A DNA stretch of 64,000 nucleotides from Candidatus Danuiimicrobium aquiferis (GTDB lineage: Bacteria > Omnitrophota > Omnitrophia > Omnitrophales > Danuiimicrobiaceae), in NCBI GenBank assembly GCA_001804285.1, contig MHFR01000043.1, positions 22,970-86,969 of the forward strand, written 5' to 3'. Under the pieces are notes generated by a model that had not been told where the DNA came from, searched no databases, and saw nothing but the letters and a program-made list of their open reading frames with translations. Numbering within the stretch: the stretch's first letter is position 1; every line of letters begins with the position of its first letter. Positions 46,996 to 57,221 of the stretch are shown here, in pieces. The position numbers and the translations under genes are program-made.

Positions 46996-47080
46996 TTGGC
47001 CTCACAGGCCTCCTTTCGTTTTCCCGAAATTGACTTTCTAAAATGCTCTGTTAATGATTGAAAAAAATATTGCGTTCTCA

Positions 47081-47521
47081 TTACCATCGGTTCCCCTTTC
47101 TGAAAGATATGAGGCTTGCCTGCGCCATTCTTAAAGATGAAAAACCATTAGGAAGGTAAATTCTTGAAACACGGTAACGCCTTTCTTTTGGTCTATAGGC
47201 AATCGCAGTTTCCCCTTTAAGATATTTCAAGAGCAGGCAGAGATTCGATTCGAGCTTTTCAAAAAACGGGCTGCATTCGATTCCGCTTAATTCGTCTGAG
47301 ACTTTCAAAAGAAGCTGTCCCAGTTTTTCACCTGGTCGATTTTTTTCAATAAACTTGAAAATCTCTCCTTTTAAGATACTGCACGATAAAGAAAGATGCT
47401 CGTTTTCACTGGCAGTGGACAATTTCATGTACAGGCTTTCGATTCTTTTCTTCAAACGATAGATTCTTGTTGCACGCTGCGCTTCCGATTCCCCGACATT
47501 CTCAAACCATCTCATAAACAT
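47081..47521 (-). CDS. Hypothetical protein
   Basis: 146-aa ORF, AAGGAG RBS, co-oriented with the large genes. Confidence 0.6.
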   Translation of the reverse strand: MFMRWFENVGESEAQRATRIYRLKKRIESLYMKLSTASENEHLSLSCSILKGEIFKFIEKNRPGEKLGQLLLKVSDELSGIECSPFFEKLESNLCLLLKYLKGETAIAYRPKERRYRVSRIYLPNGFSSLRMAQASLISFRKGNRW

Positions 47522-47719
47522 TCACTTCTCCTTTTCTTCATGCCGATTGATACATTGCTCTAAGACATATAAATTCGTTTGTAAATTGCTCTACTGGCTT
47601 CATGGACACAACAGGCAGCGCATAAGCCCGGACAGAATCCGGCCTATCAATGACAAAGTAAATTAATACGATTCCCGAGTGAGATGATAAATGTTCTGAG
47701 CGGGCGGCCTGCTGATTCT

Positions 47720-48121
47720 TCATAGTTCCCCCTCTTCCGCGTACGCAATGCAGAATTCGTCACTTTCAAGCAAAGCGTAGCCACGAATGCTTAGAAACGC
47801 AAGAAAGTAGAAGCACAAAATCATGAGAAATCTATTCAGAATATAGAAATCTATTGTGAATAGATTTTTTAGGAGAAACCGGTTGTTTATTGGTTGCGGA
47901 TATAATGATGTATTTATTACCTGAAGATTAAGTGATTGTTGAAATAGACAGCAAGAATTTTCTACTAAATAAAATGGATGCTTTTCTACGAAAAACGGCT
48001 GAAATGCTTCTGCAGTCTTAACGAATGAGAAGACAAGAAACGTCAGAACAAAAACAAAAACCGAGTTTCTAAACTTTGGAAGAAATGAGAGTCGAAAAAC
48101 CGCCCAAGCTAACTTCTTCAC
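47720..48121 (-). CDS. Possible hydrophobic hypothetical protein
   Basis: GTG start with GAGG RBS, signal-like N-terminus; low complexity, may be non-coding. Confidence 0.35.
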   Translation of the reverse strand: MKKLAWAVFRLSFLPKFRNSVFVFVLTFLVFSFVKTAEAFQPFFVEKHPFYLVENSCCLFQQSLNLQVINTSLYPQPINNRFLLKNLFTIDFYILNRFLMILCFYFLAFLSIRGYALLESDEFCIAYAEEGEL

Positions 48122-48198
48122 GTCGAACCTCGTGAAGAACGGAATCGTAAATTGCTCTTAAACGTAAATTGAAATAAAACGTTTTAGAGCTTCCGCTC

Positions 48199-48406
48199 TT
48201 AGCTGGGCTTTTTTTGTTAGCTGGGCTTTTGATTGGATCGGAAAAAAATTGAATTTCTATGATCTTCTCTCCGACTTACTAAAAAACTATCGGAACTATA
48301 CCCCACATTTTTTCGTTTGTCAAATTTTTGAAGTATTTTTTTGAAAATATTTTATTCATCAGGTATATTTAAAGTGAGAGCAGCTAGACGCTGTGAGCCC
48401 AGCTAA
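48199..48406. repeat. TTAGCTGGGCT motif: two direct copies and one inverted copy
   Basis: 48199-48212, 48217-48230 and inverted 48396-48406. Confidence 0.8.
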
Positions 48407-48488
48407 GGCAACACATTCATCAGAACCTTTTCGCAAAGATCTTTTCGCTGCCCACACAATACTTTCAGAGAACAACTTCCTTAAAAAC

Positions 48489-48782
48489 TTAAAATCCAAA
48501 ATTGGCCTTCAACCGCTCTAAACGTAGAAACGCCATTTGAATAGCATACCCATCCCATGAGGCATCATGAATGAGTCCCAGAAGAAATGCGATATCGAAT
48601 TTCACGTAAAAATCCGGGGGAAGCTCATCAAGCAACGCTTTTAGCTTTATTTCAGCAGTAACCAAGGCTTCTTTCCTTGCCTTACCGTTAACATAATCTG
48701 AAAGGACCTGCCTTGAAAAAGCGAGAACTTCTTTTAAACAAGCGATTCTTTCTCGATTTACGGTATCAGAAACTTGATCCAT
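48489..48782 (-). CDS. Hypothetical helical protein
   Basis: 97 aa, AGGAGG RBS, last gene of the operon. Confidence 0.7.
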   Translation of the reverse strand: MDQVSDTVNRERIACLKEVLAFSRQVLSDYVNGKARKEALVTAEIKLKALLDELPPDFYVKFDIAFLLGLIHDASWDGYAIQMAFLRLERLKANFGF

Positions 48783-49024
48783 TTGGTTTTAGCCTCCTGT
48801 CTTTTTACTTTCATAAGCTTATCTATCTCTGAAATGGCAAAACTCAAAATCGGATGATCAAGTTTTTCAGAGGCAAAAGCCTGAATCTGGTCCAATACAC
48901 CTAATACCCGTTTCTTTTCCGCATATGCCATAATTGATTCTTCTAAGCATTTCCGTTCCTTTACTGCTTTCAAAATAAGTGAAAGAAAAACGGCTTCCGT
49001 ATCGTCCCTTAGAAAAATAATCAT
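48758..49024 (-). CDS. Hypothetical helical protein
   Basis: 88 aa, GGAGG RBS, overlaps both neighbours. Confidence 0.65.
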   Translation of the reverse strand: MIIFLRDDTEAVFLSLILKAVKERKCLEESIMAYAEKKRVLGVLDQIQAFASEKLDHPILSFAISEIDKLMKVKRQEAKTKWIKFLIP

Positions 49025-49461
49025 TGAGCACCTCCCGTTACCGGGAAATGGACATTGTCAGACAATATTTTTCTATATTCTTCAGTACAAACTTGATTTA
49101 GTGCAAAACTTTCTCGGATAGCCAGTAAATGCTCTTTAGCGGAAAGACGATTTAATCGAGTTGGCTCAAGCAAAAACTGTTGGACAGCAAGCGATGCTCG
49201 AAATGCATGGATGAATGTGCCATCTGAAGTAAGAATAAGAACATTACGGCATAGATGATAGGTAATCTCAACAATAGCAACCTTTTCACGTTCTTCTATT
49301 TTATTCGAAGAATCTAAAATACCCCATAGATAAAAGATGGTGGAACGAATATCACACAAAATTCGATATGGCATTTTCAGACCGTTCCGCATAACAACTC
49401 CGTTTTGGCATTCCATCATTAAAAACACCTTCCTTTCAACAGGTTTCAAGCACGCCATCAT
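49021..49461 (-). CDS. Hypothetical protein
   Basis: 146 aa in an overlapping gene string; start uncertain. Confidence 0.65.
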   Translation of the reverse strand: MMACLKPVERKVFLMMECQNGVVMRNGLKMPYRILCDIRSTIFYLWGILDSSNKIEEREKVAIVEITYHLCRNVLILTSDGTFIHAFRASLAVQQFLLEPTRLNRLSAKEHLLAIRESFALNQVCTEEYRKILSDNVHFPVTGGAQ

Positions 49462-50026
49462 TCACACAAGCGAAATCAGATTGATAAAATTCCTTCTCAG
49501 GGAAAACGTCCTCCGACAAACGCTGCTCAAGTTTTCTTTGCTTCAGAGCTTTGTCGCAAAGATCGACGCCCGTTCTTATCGAAATCACCGGAGCAGGGCC
49601 AAAATATAAATCCAATTCATCAATAAGCAACAATGCTTTCTCAACCACTTCCTTATTCGAAACTGCTTCACTCAAATATGTTTGTAAAAGCTCAAATTGG
49701 ATGCGTTTTTTAAAGCGTAATGTAAATTGATCGATATAGTCACTCACCCATGATTCCGCAATAAGAAGTGATGCCATGTCACCACTATTAATCCCTTTGT
49801 TAGAATCCATAAAACAATCCACAAGAACTCGCCGAATAAAATTGAACATCTTCTTCAGCCGGCATTTTTCGTCCATGTCTAGAAAGATATCCATCACAAT
49901 TGTTCCAAAAGCATCTATATGCGAACACGCTTGCTCCTGCCCGGCTATCATCGGAATCTCTAAATTCCCAACGGGCTTAGCACACATACAGTTCGCCTCC
50001 AAGCTCACGTTCAGTCTGTCGAACAC
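49436..50026 (-). CDS. Hypothetical protein
   Basis: 196 aa in the co-oriented string; start uncertain. Confidence 0.65.
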   Translation of the reverse strand: MFDRLNVSLEANCMCAKPVGNLEIPMIAGQEQACSHIDAFGTIVMDIFLDMDEKCRLKKMFNFIRRVLVDCFMDSNKGINSGDMASLLIAESWVSDYIDQFTLRFKKRIQFELLQTYLSEAVSNKEVVEKALLLIDELDLYFGPAPVISIRTGVDLCDKALKQRKLEQRLSEDVFPEKEFYQSDFACVNDGVLETC

Positions 50027-50116
50027 GTCTCATATATATCCTGCACCAGCGGTAATATTTTTCGATTTTCTTGGCAACCGATTTCCGTTTAGATTTTTTC
50101 ATATGAGTCACCCCTT

Positions 50117-50578
50117 CTAGCAATGAGCCGGAACATGACACAGAGTTTTAAATATTTCATAAATGCCGCGACGTACCTCATCTTTTACCCGCATACATAC
50201 GGGTTCTTTTCTCTCCTGAAAGTCCAAGTGGCATACAAGCCCTAACCCCTCGTAAATCATAGCTATCATTTCCATCGCTCGCTCCTTATGTTGTACACAT
50301 GTATTAGGATTCACTCGGAGACAATATCTTAAATACCGAAATGCATTACGAAATAACTGATGATCAGCACGAGGATTTAAGAAATGATGTTCCAAATCGA
50401 AAAGAAAAAACTGCATCCGCATAATGGTCGTTTCCTTCCTTAGATTCTTGCCCTGAAGCAACATGATAAGAATCCCCATATTATTCCCGAACCAGCCGCG
50501 AAAAAGAGTTTCACGGTCGTTTGGCAGTTGAAACCTTCCTTTTTCGTTTATGAGTTTCTCTATCAGTTGTTTATGCAT
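50117..50578 (-). CDS. Hypothetical protein
   Basis: 153 aa, GGAGG RBS. Confidence 0.7.
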   Translation of the reverse strand: MHKQLIEKLINEKGRFQLPNDRETLFRGWFGNNMGILIMLLQGKNLRKETTIMRMQFFLFDLEHHFLNPRADHQLFRNAFRYLRYCLRVNPNTCVQHKERAMEMIAMIYEGLGLVCHLDFQERKEPVCMRVKDEVRRGIYEIFKTLCHVPAHC

Positions 50579-51242
50579 GAACCAGAGTCCTCCGTTTCAG
50601 ATTTTGAAGTGACTCCTTGAAGAATATTTGAACTTTTCTCATGATTTTTCGTACTCTTGGCTTAAGCCACCATATTTTGAAGTAATGTCTTCCCGAAAGA
50701 ATATCTTGAAGCTTGCGGAAGCTGCACATCTCGAAACATTCATTTTTCCCTTGTTTGCTATTTCGATGGCCATAGTAACTAGCGAAACTGCAAATCAATA
50801 TCCGGTATTGGGTCAAAAACTTGCACCATGTCATTTTATCTGATGGCTGTTCAATTAAGAGCACTTCAATCAATCGATCAATGAGAAGACTCAATCGATA
50901 GTCACCCGTTGGCGTAAACTCTTTAAGACATACCAAATGGGCAACAATGCGATTGACGGCATTCCCACTGGAATTAGGCAGATTCATTCCATTGAGAATC
51001 GCATACGTCGCCATTGAAAAAAACGATAGGGCATGACCTGAATTGTGATATTCTTGCTCTTCAATCGTATCCGCTTTCCGTTCAATACCCGCAGGCATGA
51101 CTATTCCGTTAATCATATCTTTCCAATTGTCACCGAAAATAAAGGAGGCTTTCTGGTAAAAATTACTTTCAAGTTGCTCATAATTCGTTTTATTCTCACT
51201 CTTACAATCTCGATTCTCCATCTTCTGTATCCTCCTATTCAT
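50571..51242 (-). CDS. Hypothetical protein
   Basis: 223 aa; probable start MENRD after AGGAGG; divergent from the XRE regulator. Confidence 0.7.
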   Translation of the reverse strand: MNRRIQKMENRDCKSENKTNYEQLESNFYQKASFIFGDNWKDMINGIVMPAGIERKADTIEEQEYHNSGHALSFFSMATYAILNGMNLPNSSGNAVNRIVAHLVCLKEFTPTGDYRLSLLIDRLIEVLLIEQPSDKMTWCKFLTQYRILICSFASYYGHRNSKQGKNECFEMCSFRKLQDILSGRHYFKIWWLKPRVRKIMRKVQIFFKESLQNLKRRTLVHA

Positions 51243-51336
51243 TTCTAATCTCTGCTTCTAAAACGAAAGATACCACATCAATAAACCTTTTCAAGACCCA
51301 TAATAAAGATAGTTTTAGTTACAATATTATAAATAT

Positions 51337-51365
51337 TTGACAACCTACGTAACTACATGTATACT
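51337..51365 (+). promoter_or_regulatory. Near-consensus sigma70 promoter
   Basis: TTGACA-17bp-TATACT upstream of the XRE-cupin gene. Confidence 0.65.
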
Positions 51366-51464
51366 TTGGTAGTTAAAGTGAATTTCAGATATCAAAAACC
51401 GAAAGAAAGTTGACAAATATTTTTTTAGAATTAGGTAAAGAAGTTTCTCGATCAGGATAGGGTA

Positions 51465-52793
51465 ATGTATAGAACTATTTGGAATAAATACATAGAATCA
51501 TCACCTAATTTCCCTACTAAACGGCGCCCCCTAGTTGGATCTGTGATAAAAGAAACCCGCATTGATAAAGGAATACGTCAAATGGATTTTGCTAAGCAAA
51601 TCAAAATGAACTGGTCCACATTGAAATCCATTGAAAACGATCACCAAAAAGCGACCACTGTCGAAAACCTCGAACGTTGCGCCAAACCATTAGGACTGGA
51701 TATCGATCAAATGATTCTCTCGGGACGAGAAAGAGATCCAGCAAACTGTTTTATTTTAAAAAAAACAGACCCAACACCAACAAAAGGAGTTAGAACCAGA
51801 AAAGCACTTCCCCCCGAATGGAACAAAAGCATTCGTTTTGACTTTAACACGTTTGATCTCACTCCAATTTCACCGCCAATTGCAACACAGAAAGATTTTT
51901 TCGCTGCCAAGATCGTTTTACCTCCTAAACGATCAATGGAAAATATGGTTCTTGGAGTCCATCACCAAGTTATGGGAATTATTTCAAATGGTTTTAATAT
52001 CAGAATTTCTTATGCGGGAACCGAAACGGTCGCTACCACCAACCAAGCATTTGCACTAGATGGCTATTTCCCCCACACTATTACAAATGAAGACGAAGAC
52101 ACTTCCGCAATAATTTATTTTGTTACCAAATTTCCCGATTTTGAACATACGAGAATTGTGCATGAACCTTCATTTCAATGGTCACCTGCCATTGATATTG
52201 CTGCAGGCGTGAAAAAAGTGCAGCGATATAAATCGGAAAGAAAAGATCGTTCAATTTCTGTTCAGCACCTCGCTGATTTAACTGACAATCTTGATGCAAT
52301 TCAATTACGAAAACTGATGCGGATTAAAAAAGATTCGTCCGTTATTTACTGGGATAAAATTGAAGATCTTCTTGGCGGAACAGGTATCACTATGAAGGAT
52401 TTTCTTGCGTGGTGTCATCATGGCGAGAAACAAAATATTTCCGTAGCCACTCCAACTGCACGCGCCGTGATTGATTACATGTCATTTTACAGTCTTAAAA
52501 TATATTCTGTCATACCGCCCCGCATCAATCCTCATTACTTTATCGGTGAGCTAATGATCGACGGGAAGAATAATCTTCCCCGAAAAAGATGGGAACGCGA
52601 AGATAACGCAATGATTGCCGTTTGCGTCATGGAGGGCGACTTAGAAATCAAAATAGGAACGTATAGAAATCCGTTGATGCTGACAAAAGGTGAAAGTATA
52701 TATTTTGACGGAAATCTTGGATACTCATTAAGCAATATCAGTGAGCCTCAAGTGAGGATATTCCTCGCGACATATCCTGCCATACGCTTTTAA
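51465..52793 (+). CDS. XRE-family regulator with duplicated HTH-cupin architecture
   Basis: IKETRIDKGIRQMDFAKQ...LKSIEN HTH, cupin (DGYFPHTITN), degenerate second HTH, second cupin (KGESIYFDG). Confidence 0.8.
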   Translation: MYRTIWNKYIESSPNFPTKRRPLVGSVIKETRIDKGIRQMDFAKQIKMNWSTLKSIENDHQKATTVENLERCAKPLGLDIDQMILSGRERDPANCFILKKTDPTPTKGVRTRKALPPEWNKSIRFDFNTFDLTPISPPIATQKDFFAAKIVLPPKRSMENMVLGVHHQVMGIISNGFNIRISYAGTETVATTNQAFALDGYFPHTITNEDEDTSAIIYFVTKFPDFEHTRIVHEPSFQWSPAIDIAAGVKKVQRYKSERKDRSISVQHLADLTDNLDAIQLRKLMRIKKDSSVIYWDKIEDLLGGTGITMKDFLAWCHHGEKQNISVATPTARAVIDYMSFYSLKIYSVIPPRINPHYFIGELMIDGKNNLPRKRWEREDNAMIAVCVMEGDLEIKIGTYRNPLMLTKGESIYFDGNLGYSLSNISEPQVRIFLATYPAIRF

Positions 52794-53609
52794 TTAAACC
52801 TTTAGCGTTCCTAACTCTGTTGCATACACCTTAATCAATTCTACAAGGTTAGGAAGTTTAAAAGGCTTCAGGATTAATTTCTCCGCAGGAAAACCAACGG
52901 CTGCCAGTCCGTCTTTTGCCCCTTGTTCGTAGCCTGCAGTTATTGGAATGATTTTAAGTGCAGGTTTCTTTGCGAGAATTTGCTTTATAATATCATGTCC
53001 ACTTGAACCCGGTATATGAATATCAACAACAACAATGTGACATTCATTATTTAGAACATATTCGAGACCTCGATCACCGCGATCAAATATCTCAACCTGA
53101 TAATTGCGATCGATCAAAGCCTCTTTAATAAAATCGCAAATATCTTCTTCATCGTCAATAATTACCACGCGAGTTGTATTGCTACGATAAATTTTGTCTT
53201 CATATTCGCTATGAAACTCCCCAGGAATTACAATGCGATTCAATTTCTGATTGATCTTCTTTTCAACATCCTCAAACGAGTTAAATGGCTTTACGATAAT
53301 ATCTTTTTCTGTCACACCAAGTTCTGCCAATTTATCTTTTTCATCTTTATAATAGGCCGTAATAATGAGCACGGGGATATTCAATTTCTTCTCACGCATC
53401 ATTTTAAGAATGTCGTATCCGGTTAATCTTTCCATCTTTAAATCGAGGAGCATTAAATCTACGTTAAACGTATCCAGCGTACGCTCAACAACCGTGGGAT
53501 CGGCAGTTGCGATCGGTTCATAATTACGTTTCTTAAAATGCAGGGTTAATTGTTCAATTACTGAAATATTATCATCGACGATTAAAACGGTAGTAGGTTT
53601 CGAGCTCAT
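52794..53609 (-). CDS. Tandem two-receiver response regulator
   Basis: IVDDN/LLDL/ITA/KPF and IIDDE/VVDI/ITA/KPF. Confidence 0.9.
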   Translation of the reverse strand: MSSKPTTVLIVDDNISVIEQLTLHFKKRNYEPIATADPTVVERTLDTFNVDLMLLDLKMERLTGYDILKMMREKKLNIPVLIITAYYKDEKDKLAELGVTEKDIIVKPFNSFEDVEKKINQKLNRIVIPGEFHSEYEDKIYRSNTTRVVIIDDEEDICDFIKEALIDRNYQVEIFDRGDRGLEYVLNNECHIVVVDIHIPGSSGHDIIKQILAKKPALKIIPITAGYEQGAKDGLAAVGFPAEKLILKPFKLPNLVELIKVYATELGTLKV

Positions 53610-53639
53610 TTTGATGTTCTCCAGTTTGTTCAGAGATTC

Positions 53640-54026
53640 TTAACTTTTGTTCACCAGCTTTTTGATAATCTTAGTAATTATACCAGGCGTCATGTCGTCT
53701 GGCTTTTCTAAAACGTCGTCAACTAAACGAGCAATTCTTTCCTGCTGAAAAATGGGTTCTAAATGCTTAAAGGGAGTCGCTGACATAACAATAATTTTTG
53801 GTCTTCTAACCGCCTGTGAGAAACTTTTTATCACATCAACCCCTGAAACTCTACCCTCTAACCTCATATCAACAATCAAAACGTCAAATTGTGTATTTTT
53901 TAATAAGAACAATGCATCGTTTCCAGAGTTGGATACTGTAACGTCAAAGCCATCCGACACCAAATATTCCATCACAAAATTAGCAACATCTTTTTCGTCG
54001 TCAACGATTAGTATCTTTTCGCTCAT
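53640..54026 (-). CDS. Single-domain response regulator
   Basis: IVDDE, IVDM, MSA, KP. Confidence 0.9.
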   Translation of the reverse strand: MSEKILIVDDEKDVANFVMEYLVSDGFDVTVSNSGNDALFLLKNTQFDVLIVDMRLEGRVSGVDVIKSFSQAVRRPKIIVMSATPFKHLEPIFQQERIARLVDDVLEKPDDMTPGIITKIIKKLVNKS

Positions 54027-54044
54027 AACTTTATTATAGTTAAA

Positions 54045-54890
54045 TTAAGTCGATAAAGGACCATTTCTTGCGAGATCACTTATTTTTTCAATAAGTTCCG
54101 ATATCTGAAAAGGTGTTGAAAGTGCATTTTTCATATAAAAACTATTCTCATTTGATAAATCCTTTGAATTTTGGGCATCTTTATTCAATATGGGTATAAG
54201 TTTAATATTTGTATTTGTCCTTGCCATCTGTATTAATGGCAAATGCTGCGAAATATCTGGAAGCCCAAGATCGAACACAACAATAGAACAAGGCTCGGGA
54301 TTTTTTCTTAAGAAATTACACGCATCTCCTATATCAATAAAAAATTTGCAGCTATAGCGTTCTCTTGGTATCGGACAATATATCTTACTAAAATACTCGT
54401 CTACAGCTTGACTTAATTCAATGTTTTTTCGCGCGAAAATAACATTTGTTTTTTCTTGCGGTTTAAGGTTCGGAACATCTTCTTTATATATTTTATAATA
54501 TGCAGCGGTGGCATCGTCTTGTGGATTTAAACTGTGATAAATAGTTTCAAAGAATTTCTTAATATTTTTAAAAAACGGTTCCTCAATAATTGTTATCGGT
54601 TCATTCTTATAAAGACGCATATTGTCTTTGGTAATAGAATAAACAATTGGTATAGAAATTCCTTTTTCCTTCAATTTCTTCCCAACATCCTTATAACCAT
54701 CCACATTTTTATAGTCTGTTGATTCAATAGCAATTAATAGCAAATCAACTTTGATGTCACTAATAATTTGCTCGATAACCCTCGGATCGGATATTCCTAT
54801 TGAGGCATAGTTCCAATTGTCAAAAAATGTCATATAACCGTCTAAAGCTGATTGGTCATCTATAATTAATATTGTTTTTCGATTTTCCAT
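54045..54890 (-). CDS. Degenerate tandem receiver protein
   Basis: IIDDQ start but no phosphoacceptor Asp in domain 1; VVFDLGLPD in domain 2; length similar to 52794-53609. Confidence 0.65.
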   Translation of the reverse strand: MENRKTILIIDDQSALDGYMTFFDNWNYASIGISDPRVIEQIISDIKVDLLLIAIESTDYKNVDGYKDVGKKLKEKGISIPIVYSITKDNMRLYKNEPITIIEEPFFKNIKKFFETIYHSLNPQDDATAAYYKIYKEDVPNLKPQEKTNVIFARKNIELSQAVDEYFSKIYCPIPRERYSCKFFIDIGDACNFLRKNPEPCSIVVFDLGLPDISQHLPLIQMARTNTNIKLIPILNKDAQNSKDLSNENSFYMKNALSTPFQISELIEKISDLARNGPLST

Positions 54891-54898
54891 AAAAACCC

Positions 54899-57160
54899 CT
54901 ACCTTATATTCTCAGGTCTTTTCATAGGAAGCCAAAATTTAAAAGTAGTTCCTTTGCCAATTTCACTTTCAACCCAGATTTTTCCGCCATGTTGCCTCTC
55001 AATGATTTCTCTGCAAACCCATAACCCATGTCCGTGCCCGGACGATTCAATATCGGATGATTTCGGTTTTGGTTTTGTGGAAAAACCTTGTTGCCATATC
55101 TTATCCTGAATTTCAGCAGAAATCCCCGGACCATTATCTTTAAATTCAAAATAAGCAACTTGTTTTCCGTCGATTTCTTCGAATCTTCCCTTAATTTTAA
55201 CTTCTCCGTCTTCCTTATCATTCATAGCATCGACTGCATTGTTGATAAGATTTACTAAAACTCTTTTGATCAAAACTGGGCTGCCAAATGGAAAGAATGT
55301 TTCTTTATCTGTGTCACGCCATATTTTAATTCTGCTCGGTTTTGCGTTTTCAGTTGCATTATCCCAAATCATTGTAAAATTAAACACCTCGAACATATCC
55401 TCGCTTCCGGAAAGCGTACCTTCTGCGGTTCTTAGGACAATAAAAAGTTCATCAGCTTTTGATCTAACATTGCACCCCTCATCTTTGATTTTCTCGATAA
55501 GTTTAATATTATTCTCCTCAACTTGCGGGGGAAATTTATCCTTTACGAATTGGTCGTAAATATTTTTTACGAAGGGATAGACTTTCATAACAAAAAAATC
55601 TGACTTCCAGCGAAGACCCACTATCGCATTTCTGGTCTCATGCGCAAGCGACTTGCTATAAGACACCATCCTTGCTTCTTCCTGCGCTTTTAGTTTCGCT
55701 TCCCGTTCATTAACCATCGTTTCAAAAAGGCGAACAATTTCAAATGTCATCGCGTGTTCCTGTGCTAATGTCGCAAGCATATCGAGATCTTGTTCAAAAT
55801 AATCTTCGTCAGACTTCTTTTTTCCTAGGGCTAATATCCCTTGAAATGTTATAGAATCTCGATTCCTTTGACCACCTTTGGAGCTACTCAGAAAACTGGG
55901 GACAATGACCTCTGCTTTCATTTTTTGAATCGTTCCGAGAATATCCGAAAAACGTTCACGGTTAACTGCATCCTTTGCGCTATTCAATTCCTCCTCTATT
56001 TGAGCCTTCGTAATCGGTACTTGTTGCTTAGCAATATAGCCAATAAGTGGATTATCCAACATCAATTTGAAATCAGGGCGATTGACTTTTCTAAAGCCGC
56101 TACAACCTTTAAGTTCGAAATGGTCGTTCTCCTGATCACGAAAATAAATCGCTGCATTACTCGTACGCGCCTTGTGAATCAAAACCACGAGCATCTTGCG
56201 TGTCAGCTCATTAAAACTTGTAACTAAAGCAATATCTTTACTTGCATCCTTTAAAATCTTTGCATAATCAAATTTCTTTTGGAAAAGATAATGGTCTGTA
56301 ATTTCAACCAAATATTTCCGAGCAGGATCATAGAGCAACATAGCAATGATAACACTGAGAACTCTAATACTTATTGCACCCATCCCCAAGTACTGGCCAA
56401 TATAACTTTGCGCCAAAACAGTTATTGCAGTGATTACGCTAATCAAAACACCAAAAAGGCCGGCAAACACAAGGGTCTTTTTGATAATGACTTCGATGTC
56501 CATAAGACGATGCTTCACTATGCTATAGGACATAATAATAGGGTACAAACAAATTAAGGCGCTACCATACGGTGGGAATGGAATATTAAAAATCAATAAA
56601 AACAATGAAATCCCGCCACTAAAACCCAGAAAAGATGCCACGGAAAGATAAATAATCCTCAAACGCTCATGCCCCTTAGTTTCTTTGATTGCCATCGTCA
56701 TAAGGATGTGCGCGTATGCGATAAACCAAACATACATAGCCGCATACACTGAGTAAAGTGGTCCCCAATCCGGATAGTATAAAATCCCCATTTTATTAAT
56801 AACATCGCGAACAACAAAAGGCGAAAAACAAGAAAAAAACATAAAAACGGAAAGTCCATAGCCTGTACGAAGAAGAGTTTTATGTCGTGCCTCCTGCCGC
56901 AGCAGGATTAAAACAAAGTGAAAAAAAGTGATCGGTATAAAGGCACCGCTGGCGTGTGAAAAACGACTGGATAAAATTGATGTCTGATAATTAATCGCTA
57001 AAAGGCTGATAAAATAACCTAAGCTCCAAATCCCTACAGTAAAACTAAATATAACCCAACTAATTTTCAGGTTGGTTCGCGGCTTATGGAAATAAACAAA
57101 CAATCCCAACCCGAGACCCAAAAATGCCGTCAGCCCTGTAATTATAGTATAAAAATACAT
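54899..57160 (-). CDS. Sensor histidine kinase (multi-TM N-terminus, GAF, HisKA, HATPase), third paralog
   Basis: YSIVKHRLMDI, GKKKSD, AHETRN, NLINNA, DNGPGI, GHGHGL. Confidence 0.93.
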   Translation of the reverse strand: MYFYTIITGLTAFLGLGLGLFVYFHKPRTNLKISWVIFSFTVGIWSLGYFISLLAINYQTSILSSRFSHASGAFIPITFFHFVLILLRQEARHKTLLRTGYGLSVFMFFSCFSPFVVRDVINKMGILYYPDWGPLYSVYAAMYVWFIAYAHILMTMAIKETKGHERLRIIYLSVASFLGFSGGISLFLLIFNIPFPPYGSALICLYPIIMSYSIVKHRLMDIEVIIKKTLVFAGLFGVLISVITAITVLAQSYIGQYLGMGAISIRVLSVIIAMLLYDPARKYLVEITDHYLFQKKFDYAKILKDASKDIALVTSFNELTRKMLVVLIHKARTSNAAIYFRDQENDHFELKGCSGFRKVNRPDFKLMLDNPLIGYIAKQQVPITKAQIEEELNSAKDAVNRERFSDILGTIQKMKAEVIVPSFLSSSKGGQRNRDSITFQGILALGKKKSDEDYFEQDLDMLATLAQEHAMTFEIVRLFETMVNEREAKLKAQEEARMVSYSKSLAHETRNAIVGLRWKSDFFVMKVYPFVKNIYDQFVKDKFPPQVEENNIKLIEKIKDEGCNVRSKADELFIVLRTAEGTLSGSEDMFEVFNFTMIWDNATENAKPSRIKIWRDTDKETFFPFGSPVLIKRVLVNLINNAVDAMNDKEDGEVKIKGRFEEIDGKQVAYFEFKDNGPGISAEIQDKIWQQGFSTKPKPKSSDIESSGHGHGLWVCREIIERQHGGKIWVESEIGKGTTFKFWLPMKRPENIR

Positions 57161-57183
57161 AATGGCCTTAAATATTTTGGAAT

Positions 57184-57216
57184 AAAAAAAAGACTCTGAC
57201 TCATGCCGGGTCTTTT
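57184..57216 (-). terminator. Rho-independent terminator between the biosynthetic genes and the kinase
   Basis: Minus strand AAAAGACCCGGCATGAGTCAGAGTCTTTTTTTT. Confidence 0.6.
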
Positions 57217-57221
57217 GTACA

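Noticed and set aside
48181-48191. GTTTTAGAGCT resembles the start of a type II-A CRISPR repeat
   Set aside because: Single 11-bp match, no repeat-spacer periodicity and no cas genes in the window
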